Under the pieces are notes generated by a model, which saw only the letters and a program-made list of their open reading frames with translations, did no database searches and had not been told where the DNA came from. Position numbers and translations under genes: made by a program. Positions 1-11,036 of a stretch of 64,000 bases of DNA are shown here, one piece after another (within the stretch, counting starts at the first letter, position 1; each line of letters begins with the position of its first letter). The stretch is from Eremomyces bilateralis CBS 781.70. Lineage: Eukaryota. The stretch lies in assembly GCA_010015585.1 (NCBI GenBank), contig ML975163.1, one strand, 5' to 3'.

Positions 1-732
1 ACTCCGTTGCGGGTGTTGGGTCGTGGGTGGTCCGCCTGCTGGGGACGCGTCGGGGACGCGTCTTTGGCCTGCGGGCCTTTCCCCCTCATGCGCCCTCCAA
101 CCATTATTTGAGAGGGCTGCAATAGTTGATTATAATTGAATGAAGTGTGAAGAATCGATTACGATCATAATCTCAGCTAATTTTCAAGTTGTGGGCTGTT
201 TTGCAGAAAAATGTTCCCGCAGTTTGATATTTAAAAGCTATAGGACGGTTTAACAAACCCTTATCTATATTTCATCAACTTTTGGAGCCCACTCAACTTC
301 TCCATATGATGTTATTCGAATATCTCGTCAATTCTAGCAATTCTCATCACGTCGACTCCACAGGAAATTCGCAACAGTTTCTCAGACGTTACACAAGACA
401 GTTGCACTCACGTGACTAGTTTTAACGCTAAACATGGGTTTAATCTGGTTACGGTTTAGCTTAACTAGGGTCATGGCTTGAGTAGCTAACGTCTGAGCCC
501 AAGCTGAGATAAGCACGATGATATGTTGTAACCCCCGCAGCATCTCCGCTGAAGAGTAGCGCCCACCTTAGAATATAGCCCGTTGTCTTCCTCGACAGCT
601 GTGTCCTCTATACTTATTCACCACCCTTTGTCAATAGTCATCTCCAAGAGCAGCATCTCCCTTCTTCTATAACCATTCTTCAGGTTTTGCGAGCTATTGT
701 TCGCCAACTCTTAAGGCCGAAACCCGGAACTC

Positions 733-1695
733 ATGGATCCTCTTAGTATTACAGCTAGCACTCTAGGCATCACGCAATTTGCCATCTCCAGCATCGTCCA
801 TCTCCATGATTTCCTTGATAATCTTGCTGAAGCTAAAGAAGTAGTACGAGATATTGCTTCCAACTTAGAGGGCGTACAACGCTCTTTGACTGCCCTGGAG
901 GAACTCACTATATCCGACCGAGCGACTTATTCCGCAGCCAAAGTGGATCTGGAGAAGACTGGCGTCGTCGAAGCCGTAAACAACTGCGGCCAGGCATGTG
1001 CCAAATTTACGGACAACTTGAAGCGATGGACGAAACATTCCGGCGCCACACAACTCTCCCTTAGAGATCGCTTTTCAGTCGGCGTGTGGAATAGAGAAAA
1101 AATCCGGACATTCAGAATGCAGGTCCAGTCTTGCCAGGCTACGGTCCATTTCGCCGCCACAAGTACCCAATTGTAGGACAGCTATCTTATATCACTTCCG
1201 CGGATGTATGCTGACGCTCTAGAAAGAATCGTTCAACTCCGCTCCGAACAGACGTCAGAGACTGATCGTGAGAAACTAAAGGGACAATTACAGGCTCTCG
1301 AGGCAAAGATCCAAGAGCATATGTATCTTACCAAGAAGCAGCAGGGTGACGCACAAAGCCGTGTGCAAGGGCTGCAGGAGGAGCCAGACGACGAAGAAGA
1401 TGGCGGTGCACAGCGAACCCTAGCCATTCAGGAAGTTGAAGAGCAGACACGCCGCCTCGAGGCTGATCAGGTCTCTTCTGCTGTAATTTTCTCACAAGTG
1501 CGCTCCAAACGGACAGGCCAGGATATTGTGAACATCATAACTTCCGACGATTCAAGAGCTTTGGTAGGATTACCTGAGGGCGTTGTCGGAAAGGTCAACC
1601 AGCGGATCAGGGATGTAACAACACAAAGAAACTCTGCTGCAGCTGTGGGAGTGTTCGACAAAGACGTTGACATTAAGGATTTTTTCAAGCAATAG
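733..1695 (+). CDS. HeLo-like (HELL / Helo_like_N) domain protein with C-terminal two-repeat HET-s-related amyloid motif (HRAM); putative regulated-cell-death effector
   Basis: Exons 733-1172 and 1227-1695; the intron 1173-1226 (GTAGGA..CTGAC..AAG) joins the two ORFs in frame (TT+A=Leu). The N-terminus MDPLSITASTLGITQFAISSIVHL is typical of HeLo-like/fungal STAND N-terminal domains. The C-terminus holds pseudo-repeats QDIVNIITSDDSRALVG and QRIRDVTTQRNSAAAVG plus an aromatic tail (DFF). Confidence 0.8.
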
Positions 1696-2334
1696 TTACT
1701 ATCAGGGCTTCTAGGTGAAGGTTAGTTGCTTGTTGCTTGGGAATGGATACAAGCCTTGATATTTGTTTTGATCGTCGCGAAGCTTCCAGGGTGATTATCC
1801 CGTACTCTAGTGACCAACATCATGTATGTGCCTTCGAGCCGTTAAATGACTACAAAAAAGGATAAGTCAGAAGTTAAGTCACTAGCTCTGATATGGCTAT
1901 GTACACTGTTAACACTATTGTGCCGGAGGTCGTGTCATTGGCGTCGGCCCATCCCGTCGTTAGTCCCGATTGCACCGTCGCCGATGCGGCAGCATTGGTA
2001 AATCGTGAAATCTGACCCTGAGGAACCAAATCTCGGGGCTGGCGAGGAACGCCAATGAAATTTCTCGAAGGGGTGTGATGGGTTCTCACGAACAGCACTA
2101 CCCCCATTATCGCCTAGCGCCTTGGCACCGAGGAGCCATTTCAGGACGCCTAAATTTGGCAGTTCCACGGGTACCTGAAACTGGGCCAACTGCTCGCTGC
2201 ATTTTCACCACCATGCCGATCATTTCCATGGCATTCGTCGAGAGCAATGACGGACGGCGGATTCTGGTGCATTGCTATTGCTATCTTTCCGGGCTAACCC
2301 CGTGGTATTGTACTACCATCCGACTGGGATAACC

Positions 2335-3726
2335 ATGGACGATCCTTTCCACCTTCTGTCATACAACGGTTGGGAACCAATCGATTTCCTACGCACGCAG
2401 GACGCAGATGTCGTCTATGAAGTCGCAACGCCTCCAGTACCCGCTCCCGTCGAGGCCCATAGCACGTCCGATACGGTCCATCGAGAAGAGACATGCAGCG
2501 TAGAACAACAGCAGCAGCAGCCAGAGAAGCTTGCTTTGGTTCAGCGAGCGGACTGGGACACAGAGATGACATACGATAAGGACCCGCCAAGTTTCATCCA
2601 TTATTCGATCGAGTGGAAGGTGTCTGTGAACAACAAAGTAATCTCGAAGGATACTGAGCAGAATCTGGTGCTGGCACCAGCTGCATTCTGGGAGCTCTTC
2701 CTGCAACCCAAACTGGAGAAGCTCTTGCGTAGAAAGGTACCCCACAACAGGTGTGTGAAGCCGGATGATACCAATATCGTCGTCTCAGTGACAGAACGAT
2801 CCGAGCGTGACTTAACGAAGCGCTTTGACGACACTGATATAGACTGGTCGATTATTGAAAAGCAGCTTGTAAATTGGGGTGAGCTGTTCCGCGCTGGTAA
2901 GAAACTCAGGGTAGACATTATATTCAGCAATATAGAGACTGGCCAAGAGCTGGCTGGTTCCTTGAAGAAGAAAGGTAATCGAGGCCGCTCTTCAGCGACA
3001 CAGGCAATGCTCACAGAACGGGCCGACTTTCTCGATGCCGATGATGAATCTCCCGGACAGCCCTCAGTCTGGCGAGATGTATACAATCTTATGCGATGTC
3101 CAGGGCCGCCATGTCATCTCGGACCTCACTGCTGGCGCGATCCTGTGGGCAAGAAGCACTATAAGCTAAAGACACACCACTTCAGGAGACTTATCCAATA
3201 TGCTCAGCAGGGCCACCCCCTTAGGACCCATGATGATGTTCCGGAAGACATCCGCGATCTCTTATATGCAGAAGAGCAGGAAAGACTTGAGAGAAGGCAG
3301 GCGACGTCAGCCAAATCCATATCTGGCATGGCTCCCATTAACATTACCAATGTGCTGCCGGGAAACTCACCACAAGCCTCTATTCCTGTTTCATACGCCA
3401 GAACACCAACCTCGGTACAGCCTTCGGACTCCTTGCCGGCCGACCATCTCAACATTCCTGGTCTTCGCGATACTGCCGTTCGAGAATACAGCGAGTGGCA
3501 GCAGTCAAACGTTGGCGATAAAAGTCTGAAGGATGAGTTTCAAAAGGCCTGTGACGCGGTATTGATGGAAGGGTTTGACCTCGAGCAGGTTCACGAGGAT
3601 CAGGACCCGGAATTTCTGGTCAAGAATGGGGTGAAACGAGGCATTGCTCGACGCTTTGTGAGTGATATTGACCACTGGGCGAAGAGATACAAGCCGGACA
3701 CTGAGGACTCTGAGAGCGTTGTATAA
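2335..3726 (+). CDS. Uncharacterised intronless protein, probably transposon-associated; Cys/His motif CPGPPCHLGPHC and SAM-like C-terminus
   Basis: Open 463-aa frame from the ATG at 2335 (ACCATGG context). It ends 42 bp from the transposase stop, tail to tail. No catalytic family recognised. Confidence 0.7.
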   Translation: MDDPFHLLSYNGWEPIDFLRTQDADVVYEVATPPVPAPVEAHSTSDTVHREETCSVEQQQQQPEKLALVQRADWDTEMTYDKDPPSFIHYSIEWKVSVNNKVISKDTEQNLVLAPAAFWELFLQPKLEKLLRRKVPHNRCVKPDDTNIVVSVTERSERDLTKRFDDTDIDWSIIEKQLVNWGELFRAGKKLRVDIIFSNIETGQELAGSLKKKGNRGRSSATQAMLTERADFLDADDESPGQPSVWRDVYNLMRCPGPPCHLGPHCWRDPVGKKHYKLKTHHFRRLIQYAQQGHPLRTHDDVPEDIRDLLYAEEQERLERRQATSAKSISGMAPINITNVLPGNSPQASIPVSYARTPTSVQPSDSLPADHLNIPGLRDTAVREYSEWQQSNVGDKSLKDEFQKACDAVLMEGFDLEQVHEDQDPEFLVKNGVKRGIARRFVSDIDHWAKRYKPDTEDSESVV

Positions 3727-3768
3727 ATCTTTAATCATTTATTACCATGGGCATTATAGCCAAGTCAT

Positions 3769-4770
3769 TCAGGAATATCCATCACCGTATAACTTTTGTT
3801 CTTCAACAGTAATCCCCGCCTGTCGAAAATGACCTTTGGCGCTGTCGTCCCTGGCTCCGACTATATCAATGCACCATTCCAGAAACGCATCAAAACCCTG
3901 TGCGGGATTCTCCTGATACTCTTTCCAATTCCGCTTAATGAATGCCTTCAGCTCAGCAAAGAACTCTTCTATTGGATTGAGATCTGGGGAGTACGGTGGC
4001 AGATACAGAAGCTTAACCCCCGCATCACGGCAAAGCTGCTCCACCCGTTCTGTGTGATGGAAGGATGCATTGTCCATTATAATAACCGATTTAGGTTCCG
4101 GATATCTGCCGCAGTGAGGAAGGAGCTGCTCAATAAAATCCTCAAAGACTGTGGCATCCGTCGTTCCCTGGAACACTTGTGCAAACACAATACCATCCTG
4201 GCCATAAGCTGGTAGAATCTGATATCTCTGGTCACGGTGAAACTGGGCGATCTGTACAGGAGTTACTCCATCGGGCGACCAGCCTGTTCTTCTGAATCCG
4301 ATCCGTTTGTCACATCCGGACTCGTCTACATAGACCAGCTGATACGACCGGAAGGACGATAGGTTATAGAGGTAGAAGTCTCGCAGGTCCACGTTTCGTT
4401 CCTTTGCAACTCGCTGAGCGGCTTTCTTCGACCAGCCAACGGAGGCCAGCGCTCTGCCGATGCTGTAGACCGTTACCTGGGCTTCAAACTCATCCCATAG
4501 AAAGACGGCCATCTCATCTTGAAATAGCTCTGGCTTCTCGATCAAGTGTTCGCAGAGCGCTTGTAGCATGGGAGGGGTGATGCTTCGCGGTTGGCCGAGT
4601 CCGTTGAAGGGAGCTCTAGTAGTGCTAAAACAGCGTAAGTTAGAGCGGATGTGTCAGACCGATCGCTCGCTGCAGTGAGCAGCGTCGGCTATTTAGGCAG
4701 TTGTTAGCAAGCTACACAGAGTCATATCACAGATAAGATCTCGGTCAGACGCAGCGAGATTCAGTGCCAT
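3769..4770 (-). pseudogene. Tc1/mariner (IS630-like, DD34E) transposase, with two nonsense codons in the N-terminal HTH region
   Basis: Motifs VYVDESG, VIIMDNASFH and PPYSPDLNPIEE, with 34 residues between the second D and the E. The frame extends 67 codons upstream of the listed ORF to an ATG at 4770 (MALNLAASDRDLICDM...GQPRSITPPMLQAL) but has TAA at 4693-4695 and TGA at 4654-4656. Confidence 0.9.
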
Positions 4771-6689
4771 TTTGACGGCTCTACGGCCAGAAAATTGGGA
4801 GATGCAGTTGAGATGGAGACAAGTGTGTCAACGAATGGTCTTGGCGTTCTCTCGTCATCTGCAGCTGACAGCTGTCGCAAGATGCCCCTGTTGGTTTCTA
4901 CTGCCCTAACTTTCCTTTTCACTGCCCATTACCCCTAGGCTAGGCATATTTCGGACAGCTTAGTGTTTTCCCTTGTGTCCCAGATAACATCACACGAAAG
5001 ATGAAGAAGAAAAGAGAAAGGAAAACAAACAGAAGGGAAACAATATATACAGGTACTGGCATAGTAATGCTCTTATATGATAATCTCCTATTGACACGGT
5101 CTGGATGCGCAAGGTCTGCGATTACCAAGTTCCATTGATCTAAACTACAGAAAGAGGAAAAGAGAGGAAATCTCCTAGCACCTTTGTGCGCGAGATATAG
5201 GCCTCCATTTGTCGAGTCCTAAAGTCCTAACACAACAATTTGCACATGACTCCTGGATATTCACCAGCCACACCCAAGGGCCCAGGCCACAGGCTTGGGA
5301 CCATAACACCTATCACCAACACGTCGTGAGGCATAAGGCAACGGAAATATGAACCGTGACAATCATCCCCTTAGGACAGTTACAGTCTTCGAGTATATTA
5401 ACAGCGGCGTGCTGGTTCTCCCAGTTAGATTTCCGTCTATTAGTAAGCTATTAAGAAAGTCAGGTATTACTAATAAATTCCATTATTTCCTGTACGATAT
5501 GACCTGGAACGCGACAAGAATACAAGCACGACGATACAGCGCTAGCTCCTCGGCGGTAGACACGGGGGTATCCAACTGTGGCGTCAACAAAGTGGACAGA
5601 GGGTAGTTTGCCCGATTCTGCATTGACAGGAGATGCAAGTCCCGATTTCCCGCCTTGTGATTGTTGCCCAAGAAGCACGAGTCCGTTGAGAGTGGTTGCA
5701 TTCAGAAGCCGGGGCAGATGCACAAACGACGCCTCGCAATATCTCGTTTGATCTCGCGTGATCATCCATCGGACACCGGTCGCAAAGGGTGTATAGAAGA
5801 TGGCTCGGTCGGGTCTAGCTTGAGGCTCGGCATTATGGAATAATGCAGATAATATTGACGATTCTCAGCCTCGAAAGGAAACCTTTATATAAATCGGCTG
5901 TGCCGTAGGGTTTGATTGTCTTAGGTAATAAGGTGAGAAAGATCATCCGGAATAGGAACGGTCCAAGGGGGTTCAAGGGTCAGTCAGCTGTGGAGAGGGA
6001 AGCGGTGCGGAGATTCCTGTCCAAAATCTCTAGATAAATACGATATTTTCGGACACGCCCTCTCCCTCACATCCAACAACACACACATTTCAAGTTTTCA
6101 TCTCTCTTGGCTTATGTACCACCCAATACAGCTCGTATTGTTGGCCAATCGAGAAGAGGCGGGCGATACTCCGTATTGTGGTTTCTTATGTGGTATTTGA
6201 CTTGGAGTAAGGCTTTGCTTCTAATTTTATCACGATAGTCTTTGCTCTGCTATAAGTCTCACTTGCGGAAACCGTCTAGTCCCATTGCGGAGTCACTTGA
6301 TTGCTTCTCATTGAATGCTTACGGACGTTGCCGCTGCATGAGCTGAACGTTGGCATGCATCGTGACCGTTCGCTGGGCGTTGGATCTCGTCTGGGGTCGA
6401 CTTCGACGGGATGCATACGGATATAGACGGAGCGCCATCCTAGACCATGAGCCCAGTTGGCGGGGAGGTAGATGTAACGTCCATCTGATGTCCGTTTTTG
6501 GGCGAAGCTGAACAACTTGGAGGCATGGCTCATGGTATCAGGCGACATGGTAACGAATATATAAAGCTGTCTATCGCGTTCGTTTACTTTCAATGCTATC
6601 ATCACCCCGCTCTATTAAGCTATTATCCAATATCATTATCTCCTATTCCGAGTAATCAGTTGCTACCCTGCACCTATCAGCATCACAGC

Positions 6690-7259
6690 ATGTATCTGTC
6701 AGCTGTTGCCTTTCTCTTCACTGCCTCTGCCCTCCTGGCATCTGCGGCACCCACTCCTACAGAGAATCTCCAGCCTCGCGCCTGCACCACCATCTACCCC
6801 GACATCGCTCGGGTTGAAGAGGCTCGGCCAGTGGAATCCTACCTCCCCGGCTTCATCGCCTCCCAGAGCGAAGGCAACACGAACAATAAAGATGCCTTCG
6901 CCGAATTCACTGTCCCGGACGGCCATTGGGGGTGCACTCTCCAAGCATATTGGCCTCAGAACTACCCCATTCAACGGACCGGCAACGATCTGGTCTACGT
7001 CTACTCCGTTCAGGCGCCCTTGAGCCGCAGCCCCAGGGGCATCGATATTTCGTGGGCGTACAGCCCTGTGCCAGGAGCTCATATTGGGACAGTTCGGTTT
7101 CAAAGCGCATCGTGGGGACCGAGCACGCAATGGATCAATAGCGTCACTTGTGCTCCAAAGCTGGCATTCCGGTTTGCCATTGGGGAGACGGGGGCTGGAA
7201 GCATTGAGTTTAATCAACAAGCTGGGGTTGCTGGCCTGAGGCTGACTTATGACTGTTAA
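6690..7259 (+). CDS. Small secreted protein, But2 C-terminal domain-like
   Basis: Signal peptide MYLSAVAFLFTASALLASA, propeptide ending LQPR, four Cys (ACT, WGCTL, VTC, terminal YDC). FTVPDGHWGCTL resembles the But2 family. 189 aa, intronless. Confidence 0.7.
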   Translation: MYLSAVAFLFTASALLASAAPTPTENLQPRACTTIYPDIARVEEARPVESYLPGFIASQSEGNTNNKDAFAEFTVPDGHWGCTLQAYWPQNYPIQRTGNDLVYVYSVQAPLSRSPRGIDISWAYSPVPGAHIGTVRFQSASWGPSTQWINSVTCAPKLAFRFAIGETGAGSIEFNQQAGVAGLRLTYDC

Positions 7260-8170
7260 ATGAGTGAAAGTCAATGATGAAATGATGTGAGAACCTTTGC
7301 GTTCTAATACCTGTAACTATTTTAATGGAATGTCCGTACCGTACCACCTTTATTATTGCCTCTTTCTCGTCAAGTCATATCCTATGTGAGCTATCGATTG
7401 TGTCGGTGGTTGTGTCAAGGTGTCTACCCCGACACGGCGAGATTTCCTGGGTATAAAATCTGCAGCACAGCACACATGCAGTCAGATTCTAATTCCGTAT
7501 TCCTCTGCTTCATCTTCCAAACCTTCCAATCTGAAAATTACCCGGCTAGAGCTTCGTCCAACCAAATGATGGCATCTAAAGTTAATAGAAATTCGCTTCA
7601 TTTGGCAACAGAAGAACTCGCCGCTTCGCCGAAACAAACGATTGGATGCCGATGACAGTTCAATCCACATCTGATATAACGGCAATCTTGACAGGCAAGG
7701 ATATACATTTATATTCTCATTCATATCGAACATATGGCACTCTACCAGGCTTTTTAAAGTATCGGGAGTAAGTATGGGCAAAAATCCAGGAATTATCATA
7801 TCTGGAGAGCAAAGCTCGGCCTGGTTTATGGTTCAAATATTCTCTTTGCCTCTTCTTTCCGTCCAGTCAATGCTCACATCGTGAACTGTTGTCTGTGCGG
7901 CTATCGTGAACGCCTGGTATCTATGGCCGATCATATGCGAACAGTGAAGAATTGAGTCAGTTTATGCATTTCAAGTCAAAGTATTTATGAGCGCTCATTT
8001 TCCCTATCGGCATAACCGTTACACCGAAGGTCGATCCTACGATGAAACACAAGTCCTAGAGCACAATCCTTAGGCTGCAGTAAGGACTGTGAAACGACTT
8101 TTCGATCTGTCCAACTCCAAATATCAGATCTCCAGCCTCGCATCCAGCAGCCACGCTAACTCAAGTCGCC

Positions 8171-9562
8171 ATGCACATCTTCAAATTCTCCGCGTTCGTC
8201 TTTACGCTGCTTCCCGCACTCTCATCCTGCGCCAACCTCTTCGTTTCCTCATATTTGGGCAACGTCACAACCATTGCTCTTCCCGACCCTCTTGAGGGCG
8301 ACATATCGAACCATACATCGTTTGTGAACAACGGTTGTGGTCTGAATCCCTCATGGTTGACCTGGAATGCGCTAAACCGCACTCTGTTCTGCTTGGATGA
8401 GGGATGGACGACAGGAAACGGATCACTCGTATCGTTCCTGGCCCTCGATACTGGTAGGTTGGTCCGGGTCAAGGGCAGGACTATAGGAGCAGGGCCGGTT
8501 AGTGCAGTGCTGGGTGGACCGGCCGATAGTCGAGCGGTGGTCATTGCAGACTAGTAAGTTGCACTTGATATCATGATCATTCCAACTTCCCAGCCCTTTG
8601 GCCTTCATTAGCTCGGGAATTTAGGACCAACCCGCTGACTGCAAATAGCGCTGGAGGGGCTGTTGAGTCATTCACCACAGGCGCTTTGGGCCTCACGACA
8701 AAAGGGACCTACATCCAGCTCAGCCTTCCTTCTCCTGACCCGCGCGGCGGCAAACAAGATCCCGAGCGGCAATCGGCGCCCCATCCTCACCAGGCAATCC
8801 TAGACCCAACAGGCGAATTCATTGTGGTGCCCGATCTCGGCAGCGACCAGCTCCGAGTCTTCAGACTGGGCGCGAATGCTCTTCTGGAGGAAACTGTAGT
8901 TGGGATCAATGAACCCGAAAATACTGCCCCGGCTGTGGACATGAGACCGGGCCTAGGGCCACGACATGCAGCATTCGTCACCTTTGATGACCCGTACCCA
9001 CTGACACTTCTGTATGTCGTGGGAGAATTGAGCAACACGATGACAATGTACAATGTCTACTACGAGGAGGGGATTATGGTGTTTATCCATTGGGGAGAGC
9101 AACCCATATTTGGGCTCTATCCTGCCCCGGGAGGCGCATCAGTCGGGGAGATATTGATTTCGGTGAGTAGAGCTTCCTCCCTGCATTCTCGGCGCCGTCG
9201 CTCATCGGGATTCTCAGCCGGACAAGAAAAATATCTTCGTCTCCAACCGCAATGACCAGCTCTTCAAGCGCAGAGATGGCGATGGCAGCCCCGTCGACTC
9301 CTTCGAAACCTTCTCCGACTCCATCACCACGTTCAGTTTGAATTCGGTTGGCGACGCGGTGTGGAAGGGGCTCAGCCCTTCCGGTGGAGTCTCCCCACGA
9401 CATATGGCATTCAACAAGGACGGAACGATATTGGCGGTTGCGAATCAGAAGAGCGGGCGGGTTATGTTCTGGAATAGAAATTTGGAGACGGGAGATTTAG
9501 TACAAGTGATCGCTTGGGCATCGGTGCCAGGAGAGCTCAGTTCCGTCGTATGGGATGAGTGA
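8171..9562 (+). CDS. Secreted 7-bladed beta-propeller lactonase (6-phosphogluconolactonase / carboxymuconate cyclase family)
   Basis: Exons 8171-8553, 8649-9162 and 9218-9562 (GT-AG introns, in-frame joins). Signal peptide. Motifs RQSAPHPHQAILDPTGEFIVVPDLGSD, GPRH, FVSNR, PRHMAFNKDG and VANQKSG. Confidence 0.88.
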
Positions 9563-11036
9563 CTGAGCAACTCCCTGCATGCAGATCGGCATAGTGCTGG
9601 ACTATTACTATATGGAACTTGTCCGCAAAACAACCGAGGACCGGGGATGAAGGAAATAAGAAGGCCCTAGGAACCTTCGCAGAACATAGCAGCCATATTT
9701 CGGCAATAATTTAAATGGAGGTTTCGTTGATATGAGACACTCCGATCTCTGTGATGCTGTCGGAGCTCGCGTGACATATTGCAGAATGGGGTACTCGTTC
9801 GACGTAAGTCAAACTCAGGGGAGATCGATTACGGTAACTAGGGGATGTTCGGGCAATTGCTTGCCGGTTGGAGGTTCGACACGACACGCGTCCAAAGCGG
9901 GAAGTGGGCCATACTAAACAAGCCACGGCCCACCATATCCGTCAGTGTTTCAGCGGTTAATCCAACCTGACGATGACGAATCGACGACAGATGGATTTTG
10001 CAAAGGAGCTTTCTGGACCCGTGGCGAAGTACTTCCCAAAGGATATAAAGGTCGGGTGGAATGGCGAGGTAAGCATACTGGAGATTGTTCCCGTCGAGTG
10101 AGAGTCGGAGAAGTTGCTGATCTTGCTATCACGGGCCACGGCACTCCACGTCTCCATGATGGCATCCCAGTAGGGAATACGTCACCCTGCGATAGCCGTA
10201 ACTGACTAAATCCGACTAAATGCTCAAGCGTTCGAATATAAGCGGATTCGGCGGTACCCCGACGAACTGGCAAAAATCTGGACTCGGAATTTCAGATTGG
10301 CCAGCCTGGATACAACACTAGACTCGGTGACACGGTAGGTTTTCCTTAACTGGGGAGTTGGAACTGGTATAGAGGATTTCAAGTCTCAGATAAGGCCAGA
10401 TCCAAAAGTCGCTTTCAGGGTCTAGCGGCAACCGTTTTTTTCGTCGTTTAACGCGGTTTTGCCCTCTCCTAAGGTCTACCGGTTCGACCCACCAGAATGA
10501 ACCGGCTGTAACCTTTCCAAACGATCTTTTAAGTGATAGTTGACTGGTGAGATATTGGGCATAAAAAGCCATTCCTATGAGTCTAGACGTCGTCGAAATA
10601 AGAAACCGCATGACAACGACCCCGTGGACAATGAACAATCAGATGTCATACGCCGTAACGCCGCAGCCCGCAGAGCAGCAGCCTGCGACAACTTCCCCGC
10701 TGAATCGGACCCACCGTAAGACCCTTTTAGATATTTCTCTCTATCTGATTATCCGTGTAGTTCCGTGCCGTCGTTACTTGGTAGTTGGGGGTGTTAGCTT
10801 TAAGCCATGGCGATCCAAGTGGAGTCCCGTCTCAGGTTCATCCGTCATATTAGTACCAGTTCGGAAACCTGGAAACCTTGGACAAGCGTAACCGGTTCCG
10901 AATATATTTGAACAAAAGTCTCGGGATTCACTCTAAAGTTCACAGTGAAGTTCCGCAGGTATCTTGATCATCGCGCCGTTGGTTATTTTCATTCGTTCCA
11001 GGCATGAGAAGCTCCATGAGATGAATAGATACCTTC

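Larger units (their letters stand above)
2335..4770. mobile_element. Probable two-gene Tc1/mariner DNA transposon (transposase plus convergent accessory ORF); termini not located
   Basis: Tight convergent arrangement of two intronless ORFs. I found no convincing terminal inverted repeats or TA target duplication by eye. Confidence 0.5.

Noticed and set aside
1700..5120. Terminal inverted repeats of the Tc1-like element
   Set aside because: Only a 9-bp inverted match (GAACGCCAA near 2047 versus TTGGCGTTC near 4841) was seen, which is compatible with chance; no TA-flanked TIR pair found by eye.
5349..5843. Short ORFs between the transposase and the But2-like gene (also 1874-2332, 9711-10273 and 54683-55278)
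   Set aside because: No family motifs or coherent exon structure. They could be decayed relics, but I cannot support a call.
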